Origin: Candidatus Latescibacterota bacterium
GTDB lineage: Bacteria; Latescibacterota; UBA2968
Assembly: GCA_965207885.1 (NCBI GenBank)
Contig: OZ242311.1
Span: forward strand, 3,360,001-3,424,000
Direction: 5' to 3'
Length of the DNA stretch: 64,000 nucleotides
In this document: piece after piece, positions 1 through 9,979 of the stretch
Layout of the letters: each line of letters starts with the position of its first letter
How positions within the stretch are numbered: position 1 is the stretch's first letter
The notes under the pieces: model-generated
The model's input: the letters and a program-made list of their open reading frames with translations, nothing else
Told to the model about the DNA's origin: nothing
Database searches by the model: none
Translations under genes and position numbers: made by a program

Positions 1-968
1 GTGGGATATAGATCAACGAGAGAAACGGGCGTATCGACAACAACGCCTTTTTGCACATCGGGACCGCGAATAATGAGGGGAACGTGGGATGATGCCTCGT
101 ACATCGAGCGCTTGAGTATTTGATTTTGATCACCCGCCATTTCGCCGTGATCGCTCGAAAAAATGACATACGTATTATCGCGCAACCCCAAATCATCGAC
201 CGTCTGAAGCACCCGACCAACCATCTCATCGAGCGCGGCGATCATCGCAAAATAGGTGTGCCGAATCTCTCGAACGAGGTTCTCAGAGAACTGTTTATCG
301 CAATTTTTGGTCACGCGTTGATACGCAATCGCCTGATTGTACGTATCTTCGAGCGGCATCAAAGTCGGCGGAATATCGACATTATCCGCATTGATCAGCG
401 GCATGTGGCGTTTCTCGGCAGTAAATGCGGGATGCACCAATCCCGTAGTGAGATAAAGCCAAAAAGGCCGGTCACTACTCGCGTATTGATGCAGTTGATC
501 AACAGCCTGATACGTCCGGTCCCAATCACGCCCATTCGTCTTGCCATCATCTACAACTTGCGGCAAGGTCGTGCGACATATAGGACGACGAATATTGGCC
601 GCGCGCGTCCACGAGCCAATGCGATCGCGGATGGAGTGTTTGCCATAGGCGTAGTCTATAGGACCGATGGCAGAGGTCTGATAGCCCGCGCTCTCAAATG
701 TATTTTGATACGTGGGCACATTCTCGTGCAACCCTTCGTGATTATTCCAACAATCGTAATAATTGGGATATTTTCCACTCCACATGCTCGCCCGCGACGG
801 ATTGCACACCGGACAATTGGTGTACGCATTTGTAAACAGCACCCCATCACTGGCGAGGCGATCCATATTGGGCGTGGCATTTTGCATGGCAGGATGGCCC
901 ATACAGCCCATCTTTCGCCCATCCATGCTCTCGGCGTGAATAAAAACGATATTCGGTTGAGAAGGCAT
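1..968 (-). CDS. Sulfatase, arylsulfatase K-like (runs off the window edge)
   Basis: Not in the ORF track; hand translation from ATG 968 gives MPSQPNIVFIHAESMDGRK...NAYTNCPVCNPSRASMWSG...WNNHEGL, with the CxPxR formylglycine motif. Confidence 0.9.
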   Translation of the reverse strand, partial: MPSQPNIVFIHAESMDGRKMGCMGHPAMQNATPNMDRLASDGVLFTNAYTNCPVCNPSRASMWSGKYPNYYDCWNNHEGLHENVPTYQNTFESAGYQTSAIGPIDYAYGKHSIRDRIGSWTRAANIRRPICRTTLPQVVDDGKTNGRDWDRTYQAVDQLHQYASSDRPFWLYLTTGLVHPAFTAEKRHMPLINADNVDIPPTLMPLEDTYNQAIAYQRVTKNCDKQFSENLVREIRHTYFAMIAALDEMVGRVLQTVDDLGLRDNTYVIFSSDHGEMAGDQNQILKRSMYEASSHVPLIIRGPDVQKGVVVDTPVSLVDLYP

Positions 969-996
969 TTTTGTTTCCTATTGTAGGTGTAATCAA

Positions 997-1956
997 TTAA
1001 ACATCCACCACACGCCCTGTTTGTGCTGCTTTGTGCATAGCAAAAACAACGCGAAGAGCCTGGAGGCCGTCTTCACTGTGCGGATCGGCAAAGGGAGCAT
1101 TGGGGGCGGGACGATTGCCTTTAATCGCCTCGACAAAGTGATCGCTCGAATTGCCGTATTCGGGCAAATTCTCCACGCGCTGCCAGCCACCTCTGCGCGC
1201 AATCGTGTAGAGGCGGTCGCGTTCCAGGCGATAACTCTGCTTGTCAGTATATATGTTGACCTCATCCTGATTTTCGTCACAGGACTTGATACAGAGCAGA
1301 CTGGCACATAATCCCCCTTCAAATTCGAGACGCATATCCACCAGCATTTCCTCTATGTGCCCGGTCTCGTATTGAATTTTGCCCTCTACTCTAACTACGC
1401 GCCTGCCCGTAAGCCACGGCAAAACATCGGTAATATGGATCGTGCGCCTGTGCAACATGCCCCCGTCTTCTATACCGCGCTTTACGGGACTCTTCCTCTG
1501 AACAGCCGTGAGCATTTGCGGGGTAATAGCTCCCGACGCGATTTGCCTGCGCACGTACTCGGTACTGGGCATAAAATGACGCGTAAACGCCGTCATCAAA
1601 ATACAATTTTGCGACTTACTCAACGCCACGAGTTCCTCGGCATCCTCCAAAGTCACCGTAATCGGTTTATCGACAATCGCCGGAATACCGCGCTCAAGCG
1701 CCAATTTGCAGGCCGCGAAATGCGCCCGATTGGGCGTACTGACAAAAACCCCATCAATCAAATCCGGATCGATCATATCGCGATAATCGGTAAATACCCG
1801 ACTATCCCGCAACCCCCTATTGCGCCCGTCCAGACATTCTTGAGAAATATCGCAAACCGCAGTGACCTCCACATCCGACCTGTTGAGCAAATTCGGAATG
1901 TGATAGCTCGAACAAAAAGAGCCGAGACCGATAATACCGATTTTTACCTTATCCAT
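997..1956 (-). CDS. Gfo/Idh/MocA family oxidoreductase
   Basis: Start moved to ATG 1956 (MDKVKIGIIGLG), next to the upstream stop; STPNRAH and VDKP motifs. Confidence 0.9.
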   Translation of the reverse strand: MDKVKIGIIGLGSFCSSYHIPNLLNRSDVEVTAVCDISQECLDGRNRGLRDSRVFTDYRDMIDPDLIDGVFVSTPNRAHFAACKLALERGIPAIVDKPITVTLEDAEELVALSKSQNCILMTAFTRHFMPSTEYVRRQIASGAITPQMLTAVQRKSPVKRGIEDGGMLHRRTIHITDVLPWLTGRRVVRVEGKIQYETGHIEEMLVDMRLEFEGGLCASLLCIKSCDENQDEVNIYTDKQSYRLERDRLYTIARRGGWQRVENLPEYGNSSDHFVEAIKGNRPAPNAPFADPHSEDGLQALRVVFAMHKAAQTGRVVDV

Positions 1957-1957
1957 A

Positions 1958-3022
1958 TCAATCCTTCCCCAGGCGCAACCAACCATCCACATCGGGGGTG
2001 AGTTCGCGCCAGTGGCTGGTAATCGCCTGCGCTTCTTCAAGGCCCATTTTGCTCCTGTCTTCATAAGATGCGGGCGCGCCCTTTTCAGTGAGATAATCCA
2101 GACAGCGAACCCACATTGCGCTCCATACGTAGGCATTGTGCAGTTCTGTTTCTGGAGCCGAGCGGCTGCGCGCAACAAAACCCGGTATAAACGGACGACC
2201 AGAGGGCTGTCCAATAGGCAAATAACGGAAATTATAAGCCCAGCGATAATCTTCACGACTCGTGTTGGGCGTAGAGCTGTGCATCACTTTATTATCTAAA
2301 AAAACAATATCACCAGGATCAACGGGCAGAGTAATTCCCTGCGTGTCGAGATCTTCTGGAAAAGGATGGTATTTAACGCCTTCTTTGTGACTGCCGGGAA
2401 TGACCACCAAACAGCCATTTTCTTCGGCCGCATGGGTAATCGGAATCCACGCATTGACAATCTCGCTCTCATGAGAATCTCTCAGGCCCGAACCTGCGTC
2501 CATGTGCCATCCTGTTTTGCCCACCTGAAATGTATAAAACCCTTCCTTTGAAAGATCTGCACCCACAGACCCGGCCACCTGATCTGCCAGCTTGAGATGA
2601 TCGGACGCGAGCTTGAGATTAAAATGGTAAATCGGCGACGCAGCTATCTCCGGCCCGATAAGAACTTCCAAAACATCTAAGACTTTTGGATGGCGCATAA
2701 GAGCAAACATTTCGGGAATCCGCGCATCTGGCAGGTCTTTGCGCCACTGAAAAGTCGGAACAAAGATATTCAGCACGGGATCGAGATGGTGTAAAACCGT
2801 TCCCCGACTGGCTCCGAGCGACATTGCAAACCGCTCGGGCAAAGACATCTCATCAAATCTATCCAGTGCCTCAGAATTAGTCTCAACCAGATAAATCCGC
2901 GCCAGCGCATATAGAAGCTCAGAATAGGCTTTTTGCAAGGGATAAATATCCTGCTCGATATTGAGCACATCTTTGACAACAATGTATCCCTCTTCTACGT
3001 ATTGTTCTTTTAATGACGACAT
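1958..3022 (-). CDS. Phytanoyl-CoA dioxygenase (PhyH) family Fe(II)/2OG dioxygenase
   Basis: WHMD, NGCLVVIPGSH, GDIVF...HSS..N...R motifs; GGAG RBS. Confidence 0.88.
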   Translation of the reverse strand: MSSLKEQYVEEGYIVVKDVLNIEQDIYPLQKAYSELLYALARIYLVETNSEALDRFDEMSLPERFAMSLGASRGTVLHHLDPVLNIFVPTFQWRKDLPDARIPEMFALMRHPKVLDVLEVLIGPEIAASPIYHFNLKLASDHLKLADQVAGSVGADLSKEGFYTFQVGKTGWHMDAGSGLRDSHESEIVNAWIPITHAAEENGCLVVIPGSHKEGVKYHPFPEDLDTQGITLPVDPGDIVFLDNKVMHSSTPNTSREDYRWAYNFRYLPIGQPSGRPFIPGFVARSRSAPETELHNAYVWSAMWVRCLDYLTEKGAPASYEDRSKMGLEEAQAITSHWRELTPDVDGWLRLGKD

Positions 3023-3073
3023 ATATGGTCTCCTATATTGATCATCAGTGATTAGTAATCTATTGTCAACTTC

Positions 3074-3096
3074 CCCATCTTGGACGCCTGCCTAAA
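3074..3096. repeat. Partial copy of a REP-like intergenic repeat
   Basis: cccatcttggacgcctgcctaaa is 21/23 identical to 6558-6580. Confidence 0.55.
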
Positions 3097-3106
3097 GCCG
3101 CAATCC

Positions 3107-4069
3107 CTACAGATATTCACAGTTATCAAAAGCCCAGCGTAATGCCTCTATGGATTCATTGGTCGCCGCGGCAATTTCATTAACGGGATTTTCGGTGGGC
3201 AGCATATAAAACGCATGCGTCATACCAATATAACGCCGTGTGACAGCATCAATCCCTGCCGCTTTTAAGGCATGGCCATAATCTTCGGCCTCGTCTCGGA
3301 GGGGATCAAATTCAGCGGTCATAACCAATGCGGGCGGCAAGCCAGACATATCAGAAGCGCAAATGGGCGCGACATCGGGATGATTGCGGTCTGCGATATT
3401 GGGAACATAACAATCCCAGAACCACTTCATCGCACTGGCCGTAAGCAAATACCCTTCGGCATTTTCAGAATAAGAGACACGATCAAAATTTGCCTCAATA
3501 ACGGGATAAACGAGCAATTGAAAAACGAGATTTAATCCCGCATCTCGGGCGCGAAGGGCGACACAGGCAGCCAGATTGCCCCCGGCACTATCGCCAGCCA
3601 CGGCAATGTGGGAAGAATCAATCCCCAATTCATCCGCTGAAGATGCCGCCCATAACGTAGCGGCAAAACAATCGTCAATTGCACCGGGGAAAGGCGTTTC
3701 TGGCGCGCGGCGGTAGTCAACTGAAACGACAACACACCCTACATCATGCGCGAGTTTTCTGCATTTAAACTCCCCAGTATCGAGATCGCCCAGCACCCAT
3801 CCCCCGCCGTGAAACCACATGAGAAGCGGCAACCCTTGATCCTCATTGGGGCGATAAATGCGAATGGGAATCTCCCCCGTTTCACTCGATATCGCGCTAT
3901 CTTCCACATGATAAATAGGCGGCAGCATATCATCTGGCATTTTGCGCGAATCGTTAAAAGCCCTTGCAGCTGCCACCCCTTCGCTGTGCAAATCCGTCAG
4001 ACCATCCTCGTGCATTGCGTTTTCAAATGTCTGCACGAATTTCTGTATCTCCGGATGTGGTTGGCTCAT
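3107..4069 (-). CDS. Alpha/beta hydrolase, HSL-family esterase
   Basis: HGGG oxyanion motif, GDSAGG nucleophile, DPLRDE, HAF; start set at ATG 4069. Confidence 0.92.
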   Translation of the reverse strand: MSQPHPEIQKFVQTFENAMHEDGLTDLHSEGVAAARAFNDSRKMPDDMLPPIYHVEDSAISSETGEIPIRIYRPNEDQGLPLLMWFHGGGWVLGDLDTGEFKCRKLAHDVGCVVVSVDYRRAPETPFPGAIDDCFAATLWAASSADELGIDSSHIAVAGDSAGGNLAACVALRARDAGLNLVFQLLVYPVIEANFDRVSYSENAEGYLLTASAMKWFWDCYVPNIADRNHPDVAPICASDMSGLPPALVMTAEFDPLRDEAEDYGHALKAAGIDAVTRRYIGMTHAFYMLPTENPVNEIAAATNESIEALRWAFDNCEYL

Positions 4070-4080
4070 ATTTATATCCC

Positions 4081-5541
4081 TCACTCTGGCATTGGAACGG
4101 GTCTCGCATCCTCTGTGCGAATACTCCAATCCGCCAATTTTAATTGCAAATCTGCGATAACATCGCGGTGATCGGCATTATCTATCACATTGTACAATTC
4201 CCAGGGATCGTTCACCAGATCGTACAACTCATCCCGATCCCCCATAGGATCATGCACGTACTTCCATTCGGCAGTACGCACCATCTTGCGGCGGCCCTCA
4301 GCTTCGCGCCATTGCAAAGACTGCCCAATAGCCCGCCTTCCCCATGGCTTCTCAAGCTGCTCTAAATCTGCCATAGTAAATGCCGGTCCTCCTGCGCCGT
4401 ATTCTGAAAAAGCCGCATCTCTCGGCGCTGTATCCGTAACCGTGGGCAATCCCTCCCCGTACATAGAACGCGGCACATCGTGCCCCTGCAATTGCAAAAC
4501 CGTCGGCACAATATCGATCAAATTGACACAACTCTCATCTACCACGCCCTGCGGGATCTGTCCCGGACACGACACGATAAGCGGCACGCGCGTCAAACAA
4601 TCGTAAAACGCACCTCCTTTGGCGATCTGCGCGTGCTCACCCGAAAAATCGCCGTGATCTGCACAGAAAACCACAACCGTATTCTCGCGCAAATTGAGCC
4701 TGTCCAGCGCATCTAAAATCTGCCCCACGCCATCATCCAAAAAACGCACCATTCCGTGATACACGCCCACGCATCCCTTTACGTCTTCAATCGGATCATC
4801 TTCCACCCCAATCATCGCATGCAAGACCCGATTGCGTTCGGGCGCTGTACCATCGCTATACTCATCCGCTCGCCAGGGTGGCATCACCACATCATCGAGT
4901 GCAATCGCATACCGCTCGGGACATTCATACGGCGTATGAGGATCGGGAATGGAAACCCACAGCGCGAATGGATCATTGCCAAATTGCTCCAAAAACCGCA
5001 CGGTCTGTCCCGCCACCAACCCGGTCGAATAATCCTCCAGCGGAAAATCGCTAACCCCATAGGAAAATTGCGGACTAATATCCGGCAAATTCCTTCTCAC
5101 CGCATGTGCCGCATTGATCGACTCACGGGACCGAAACCAATCCATTCCCTTTGTCGCGGAGCCTCTGGGCAATCCTCCATGTCCGATCTCACACCACACA
5201 TCGAACAAATCGAGATCGCTTTGTTGCTCAAAACAGTGATTTTTCCCAATCAGTCCACACCGATATCCCGCAGCTTTCCACAGCTTAAACGCATGCGTCG
5301 CATCCCCAGGCATCAGCGTCTGATTTCGCCGCCCACCGTGCGAATGAGGAAACTGGGAGGTCCAAAACGAAATGCGGCACGGCACACACAGCGGATGCGG
5401 CGTAACAGCGTGTTTGAACAACACCCCTTCATTCGCCATCCGCTCCAACGACGGTGTCTGACAAAACGCACTGCCGTATAAATGGCTCGCCGTTGCCTTC
5501 ATCTGATCGCTCATAATAACGATTACATTGGGTTGGTTCAT
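4081..5541 (-). CDS. Sulfatase (S1 family)
   Basis: PNVIVIMSDQ, CVPCR, GKNH, ADHG, ELYDL..DP.E. Confidence 0.93.
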   Translation of the reverse strand: MNQPNVIVIMSDQMKATASHLYGSAFCQTPSLERMANEGVLFKHAVTPHPLCVPCRISFWTSQFPHSHGGRRNQTLMPGDATHAFKLWKAAGYRCGLIGKNHCFEQQSDLDLFDVWCEIGHGGLPRGSATKGMDWFRSRESINAAHAVRRNLPDISPQFSYGVSDFPLEDYSTGLVAGQTVRFLEQFGNDPFALWVSIPDPHTPYECPERYAIALDDVVMPPWRADEYSDGTAPERNRVLHAMIGVEDDPIEDVKGCVGVYHGMVRFLDDGVGQILDALDRLNLRENTVVVFCADHGDFSGEHAQIAKGGAFYDCLTRVPLIVSCPGQIPQGVVDESCVNLIDIVPTVLQLQGHDVPRSMYGEGLPTVTDTAPRDAAFSEYGAGGPAFTMADLEQLEKPWGRRAIGQSLQWREAEGRRKMVRTAEWKYVHDPMGDRDELYDLVNDPWELYNVIDNADHRDVIADLQLKLADWSIRTEDARPVPMPE

Positions 5542-6524
5542 ACATCCTCTCCATTGACCATCACCGGTTCACCACTCTCGGCACTGAGCTTCACCGCCTC
5601 AATCACAGCCATCGTATGCCGCACAGACCTGCCATTGGCATCGGGCACTTTTCCATTGAGACAACAATCTACAAATTCGGCAATCTGACTGGGCATCCCT
5701 ACCCGCGATGTCACATCTACGGGCACTTCTTTGCCATTGACCATCAATTTCTGATTGGTCATCCAAATAGATCCCTCACTACCCATAATATACGTATCGT
5801 GTGCGCCAGTATGCGTCACCACAGTTTGCGTCAGCACACTTACCGTGCCATCTTTGTGATTCATAATCGTCGAATAAGAATCCTTTTGCCCTGCGTATCG
5901 CTCTGCGCTTTCACTGCCTTGCGAATATACCTTAACCACGGGGGAATCGATATACCAGGGTAAAATATCGTACTCGTGCGGACCAAAACAATACAAAACA
6001 CAAACACCGCCCAATTCCAAATCGAGATACCACGATCGGTCAGGCGGATCAAAATTGCCGTATCGCCTGCGGATCATGTGCCCGACCTCGCCAATCGCAC
6101 CCTCCTGAATCAGCGCCTTCACCTTTAAATTCACTGGAAAGTGCCGCATCACCTGCCCCACCATCAGCACCACACCGGCATCCTCACACGCAGCAATCAT
6201 GCGATCGCATTCGGCCACAGACAGCGCCATTGGCTTTTCAACCAGCACATGTTTTCCAGCACGCGCAGCGGCAACCACCTGCTCGGCGTGTACTTTGTGA
6301 ATCGAACACACATGCACGGCATCCACTTCGGGATCATTCAACAAATCATCCAACACCCCATAAGCGCGGGCTTTGTGCTCAGTCGCAAGAGCCTCTGCCC
6401 GACTGCGGTCAATATCCATAACCGCCGCCAGACGGATATTTTCATTCGCCGCAATACCGCGCGCATGTCCTCCCGCATTCGAACCTGCACCAATCAGCCC
6501 AACAGATAAAATGTCTTTCATCAT
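5538..6524 (-). CDS. Gfo/Idh/MocA family oxidoreductase
   Basis: VGLIGAG, GKHVLVEKPMA; start at ATG 6524 or 6521. Confidence 0.92.
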   Translation of the reverse strand: MMKDILSVGLIGAGSNAGGHARGIAANENIRLAAVMDIDRSRAEALATEHKARAYGVLDDLLNDPEVDAVHVCSIHKVHAEQVVAAARAGKHVLVEKPMALSVAECDRMIAACEDAGVVLMVGQVMRHFPVNLKVKALIQEGAIGEVGHMIRRRYGNFDPPDRSWYLDLELGGVCVLYCFGPHEYDILPWYIDSPVVKVYSQGSESAERYAGQKDSYSTIMNHKDGTVSVLTQTVVTHTGAHDTYIMGSEGSIWMTNQKLMVNGKEVPVDVTSRVGMPSQIAEFVDCCLNGKVPDANGRSVRHTMAVIEAVKLSAESGEPVMVNGEDV

Positions 6525-6557
6525 ATTACCCCGCAATTTGACAAGAATTAAAAGCAT

Positions 6558-6592
6558 CCCATCCTGGACGCCTGCTTAAACCATGCAGGCGT
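6558..6592. repeat. REP-like palindromic element
   Basis: Perfect 8-bp stem acgcctgc(6568-6575)/gcaggcgt(6585-6592); left part repeated at 3074-3096. Confidence 0.6.
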
Positions 6593-6730
6593 GAAGATAG
6601 AAATAGCGATTGTCATTGCGGCATGTTTTTAGCCGCAATCCAGTGTTTTGCAATGTTAGTATCCACTAATTTCAGTTGCTCGTGCAATAGCTTTTGTTTT
6701 CTTTATTATTCTCTCACAAAGGAGCAATTT

Positions 6731-7939
6731 ATGAACCCCGTAAAATTTGGCATTGTTGGCATTGGCGGTTTTGGCCAAACACACTTACGCTCTGTCGAAG
6801 CACTCGAACGAAAAGGACGCGCACGCCTCAATGCCGCTGTTGTCATTGATCCGGAAAACCATCCCGAAAAACTCGCCGAATTTAAAACCCGCAATGTTCG
6901 CGTTTACGACACATTTGACGAGCTCCTCAGCGCAGGAGGTATAGACTACGTCACCTTGCCCATTGGCATTCACTATCACGTCCCCTATTCCGTTGCAGCA
7001 CTCGAAGCGGGATTCAATGTCATCTGTGAAAAACCACTATCAGCCACGATACAGGACGCCAACCATTTGATAAATATAAAAAACAAAACGGGCAAAATCG
7101 CGCTCATTGGATATCAATCAATCTACGCACCCAGCATCCAGACCATCAAAGCCCGCTTATTAGACGGTCGGCTGGGCAAGTTGCATGCGATTCGCATCAA
7201 AGGCGGATGGCCGCGCAACAACCTGTATTACAGCCGCAACACCTGGGCCGGGCGGCTCACACTCGACGACGACACCTGTGTTCTCGACAGCCCGATTAAC
7301 AACGCCATGGCACACGACCTCAACAATGCGATGTACCTGTGCGGCGCAACCCATCACGAATCGGCCATACCCGAAACTGTACAGGCCGAACTCTACCGAG
7401 CACGCGATATCCAGACACTCGACACAGCTATACTCCGCATTGTCGCAAATGGCGTTGACGTCCTCATCGGCCTATCCCATTCCACCCGCGAAAATTTCGG
7501 TCCCCTCATGCAACTCCAGTGCGAACATGGAACAGTCGAATGGAGCCGACCAGGTTCAATCATTCGCTACAATGACGGCAGCACAGACACCTTTGAAGAG
7601 CACGACTTGCGCGATCGCCACGGCCCGTTTCACAACGCCATCGACGTACTGCAAAACAACGCCACGCCCCTGTGTCCGCCAGAAGTTGCACGCGCACAAA
7701 CCCTGTGCGTCAATGGCGCACACGAAAGTTGTCCCAATATCGCCACAGTCGATCACAGTGAAATCGAAGTCGTCAAACGCGACGGCGCAACCTTCCACAT
7801 CATCAAGGGTCTCGACGACCTGTTAGACCAGAGTTTTCGCACGGGCAAACTCTTCTCAGAACTCGGCGTCAGTTGGGCAATCTCACCCCAGCCTTATGAC
7901 ATGACGAACTACGACCATTATCCTTACGGCGGCAAATAG
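6731..7939 (+). CDS. Gfo/Idh/MocA family oxidoreductase
   Basis: AAGGAG RBS then ATG 6731; FGIVGIGGFG, VICEKP. Confidence 0.92.
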   Translation: MNPVKFGIVGIGGFGQTHLRSVEALERKGRARLNAAVVIDPENHPEKLAEFKTRNVRVYDTFDELLSAGGIDYVTLPIGIHYHVPYSVAALEAGFNVICEKPLSATIQDANHLINIKNKTGKIALIGYQSIYAPSIQTIKARLLDGRLGKLHAIRIKGGWPRNNLYYSRNTWAGRLTLDDDTCVLDSPINNAMAHDLNNAMYLCGATHHESAIPETVQAELYRARDIQTLDTAILRIVANGVDVLIGLSHSTRENFGPLMQLQCEHGTVEWSRPGSIIRYNDGSTDTFEEHDLRDRHGPFHNAIDVLQNNATPLCPPEVARAQTLCVNGAHESCPNIATVDHSEIEVVKRDGATFHIIKGLDDLLDQSFRTGKLFSELGVSWAISPQPYDMTNYDHYPYGGK

Positions 7940-9729
7940 TTCAAAAACCAGGCCAGCGTTCGCCGCGCACTATCGCGGCGGTTTTTCTCTTTCCGAAACC
8001 CGTGGCCCTCGCCCGGATACACCACCAGGCCCACTGGCACCCCCAGTGATTCCAGCGCACGACAGGTGACTTTGGATTCTGACAGCGGACAAATCGGGTC
8101 CTGATCGCCGTGCAACAACAGTAGCGGCGTGCGAATTGCGCCTAAATTGGGAAACACATCGCCCCCGCGCGTACGCTCTGTAATTGGCCACGACAGCGGT
8201 TCCAAATACTCTGTCTCATACGTAAAATCACCCGTCTCCAGAGTCATCCGCCTGTTGTCGATAAAGCCGAAAAGCGCAACGCCAGCCTGAAACCGATCCG
8301 TCACAGCCAGCGCCCGCAAAGTCATATATCCCCCGTAAGACCCACCGAAAATACCCACCCGATTTTTTAATGCAAGCCCCTCTTCAATCAAAAAATCAAT
8401 ACCCGAAACAATATCCTCGAGATCGGCCCGCCCCTGGCATCCGATATTGCTCCGCGCGAAATCGTCCCCAAAACCCAGAGAACCTCGAAATGCCGGACGA
8501 AAAACCCGGTAGCCTGCCCGCAACAAATGGCGATATCGAACCACCTCGCTCCGCACGTTCTCCACCGGTGCAGCAGGTCCGCCGTGTGCCGAAACCAGTA
8601 ACGGGGCAGAGCCTCTAAGTCTATCCGCTTCGTAGAGCACCCCTTCGATCTCCATGCCATCGGGAGCTTCCCATTCCATTTCTAAAACGCGCAAATCCTC
8701 GTAATTCTCAGGCTGGGGCAAGGGCACTCGGCGCGTTCCCGTCCAAATTGCAGGGAATCGCTCCGCGTCCTCGGTTTCAAAAATAGCCAGACCATCGGGC
8801 ATCCACACAATATCTGATACTGCGTCCAGATCGCCAAATGTCCCTTCTGGCGTTCCATCCAGAGCCAGTACTTCCGTCTGCGTTTGCAAACCCTCCACAA
8901 ACGACACCCAGGCAGTTTTGTCGCGAGGTCCCCAGCCAAAGCGCGCAATACAGCGCCCCCCCTCTGTGAGATTCACCCGTTCGCTGCCATCCCATGACAA
9001 CCACCACAAATCTGTATGTGTCGTAATGGGATACGCCGCCTCGTGATTCGCTTCGTAAAGCAACGCAGAGCCATCTGAAGCCATCACCACCCGGCCGACC
9101 TTGCCAGCGCCCTCGGTCAACTTTCGCACCTCATTTGTATTCAAATCAAAGCCGTAAAACTCTCCCCGCTGCGCTTCTTCGGGAATCACATTGAGAGATT
9201 CTCGCCAGGCGATTCGACGGCCATACCGACACATGCTCAGATTCCCGCATCCTTCTGGCACATCGGCGAGATCGTGCCAACCCTCAATTGAAGCATATCG
9301 ACACAGCGTGACCTTTTCTCTCGTCGCGGGATAAAAATACGGTGCTTTGGGATCCACAGACTCGCGGCGATCCACAAGCGCACCTACAACCAGGCCCCGT
9401 ATGCCCCATTTGACATCATAGGAAATTGTCCCTTTGGGAATCGTGAGCAAACGCCCCTTTGTACCATCCAGATCAACCCGCCATAGCGCGCCTTCGGATT
9501 CGACCAGCGCACAATTTTCATCGGCCGGCCAAATGCGCGTCACAGAATCAAACACAGGTTCGAGCACGGCTCTCTCTGAGGTCAACTTGAACAGGGAGCC
9601 GCTCAATATCACAAATAACACCTCAGATCCAACGCGCACCATACCCTGCACGCGCTTGAGATCCAGAGCCGTATCTGTCAGACGGTCTAAATGCGACGGC
9701 AATTTAACTTCATCCAGTAACACATCCAT
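7924..9729 (-). CDS. S9 family (prolyl oligopeptidase/acylaminoacyl) peptidase
   Basis: HGGP, GGSYGG, HGDQD, YPGEGHGF; N-terminal propeller-like region. Confidence 0.9.
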   Translation of the reverse strand: MDVLLDEVKLPSHLDRLTDTALDLKRVQGMVRVGSEVLFVILSGSLFKLTSERAVLEPVFDSVTRIWPADENCALVESEGALWRVDLDGTKGRLLTIPKGTISYDVKWGIRGLVVGALVDRRESVDPKAPYFYPATREKVTLCRYASIEGWHDLADVPEGCGNLSMCRYGRRIAWRESLNVIPEEAQRGEFYGFDLNTNEVRKLTEGAGKVGRVVMASDGSALLYEANHEAAYPITTHTDLWWLSWDGSERVNLTEGGRCIARFGWGPRDKTAWVSFVEGLQTQTEVLALDGTPEGTFGDLDAVSDIVWMPDGLAIFETEDAERFPAIWTGTRRVPLPQPENYEDLRVLEMEWEAPDGMEIEGVLYEADRLRGSAPLLVSAHGGPAAPVENVRSEVVRYRHLLRAGYRVFRPAFRGSLGFGDDFARSNIGCQGRADLEDIVSGIDFLIEEGLALKNRVGIFGGSYGGYMTLRALAVTDRFQAGVALFGFIDNRRMTLETGDFTYETEYLEPLSWPITERTRGGDVFPNLGAIRTPLLLLHGDQDPICPLSESKVTCRALESLGVPVGLVVYPGEGHGFRKEKNRRDSARRTLAWFLNYLPP

Positions 9730-9979
9730 AGCAACCCTTCCGACCAGAACTCCGTGCGGAATTCAATAAGACAAACAAATCGCCCCACAAGATAGCGTTA
9801 GACCTCGATATAAGCAACAGCACAATGCATAAAAATAAGAGCCTACTTCGTAAGATACAAAACAATCGCTCTCTCTTTTTAACTTGACCAACAGAAATAC
9901 TTTGCCATACCTGTTTCTCCGTCCTATCTTGTCCCGTCCTTTTGATCCACCTGAACCCACCCTCCTTCCGGAGCACCTT

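Noticed and set aside
120-986. 288-aa plus-strand ORF and similar long antisense ORFs (58994-60265, 51664-52623, 53319-54287)
   Set aside because: They shadow motif-bearing minus-strand genes and have no recognisable motifs
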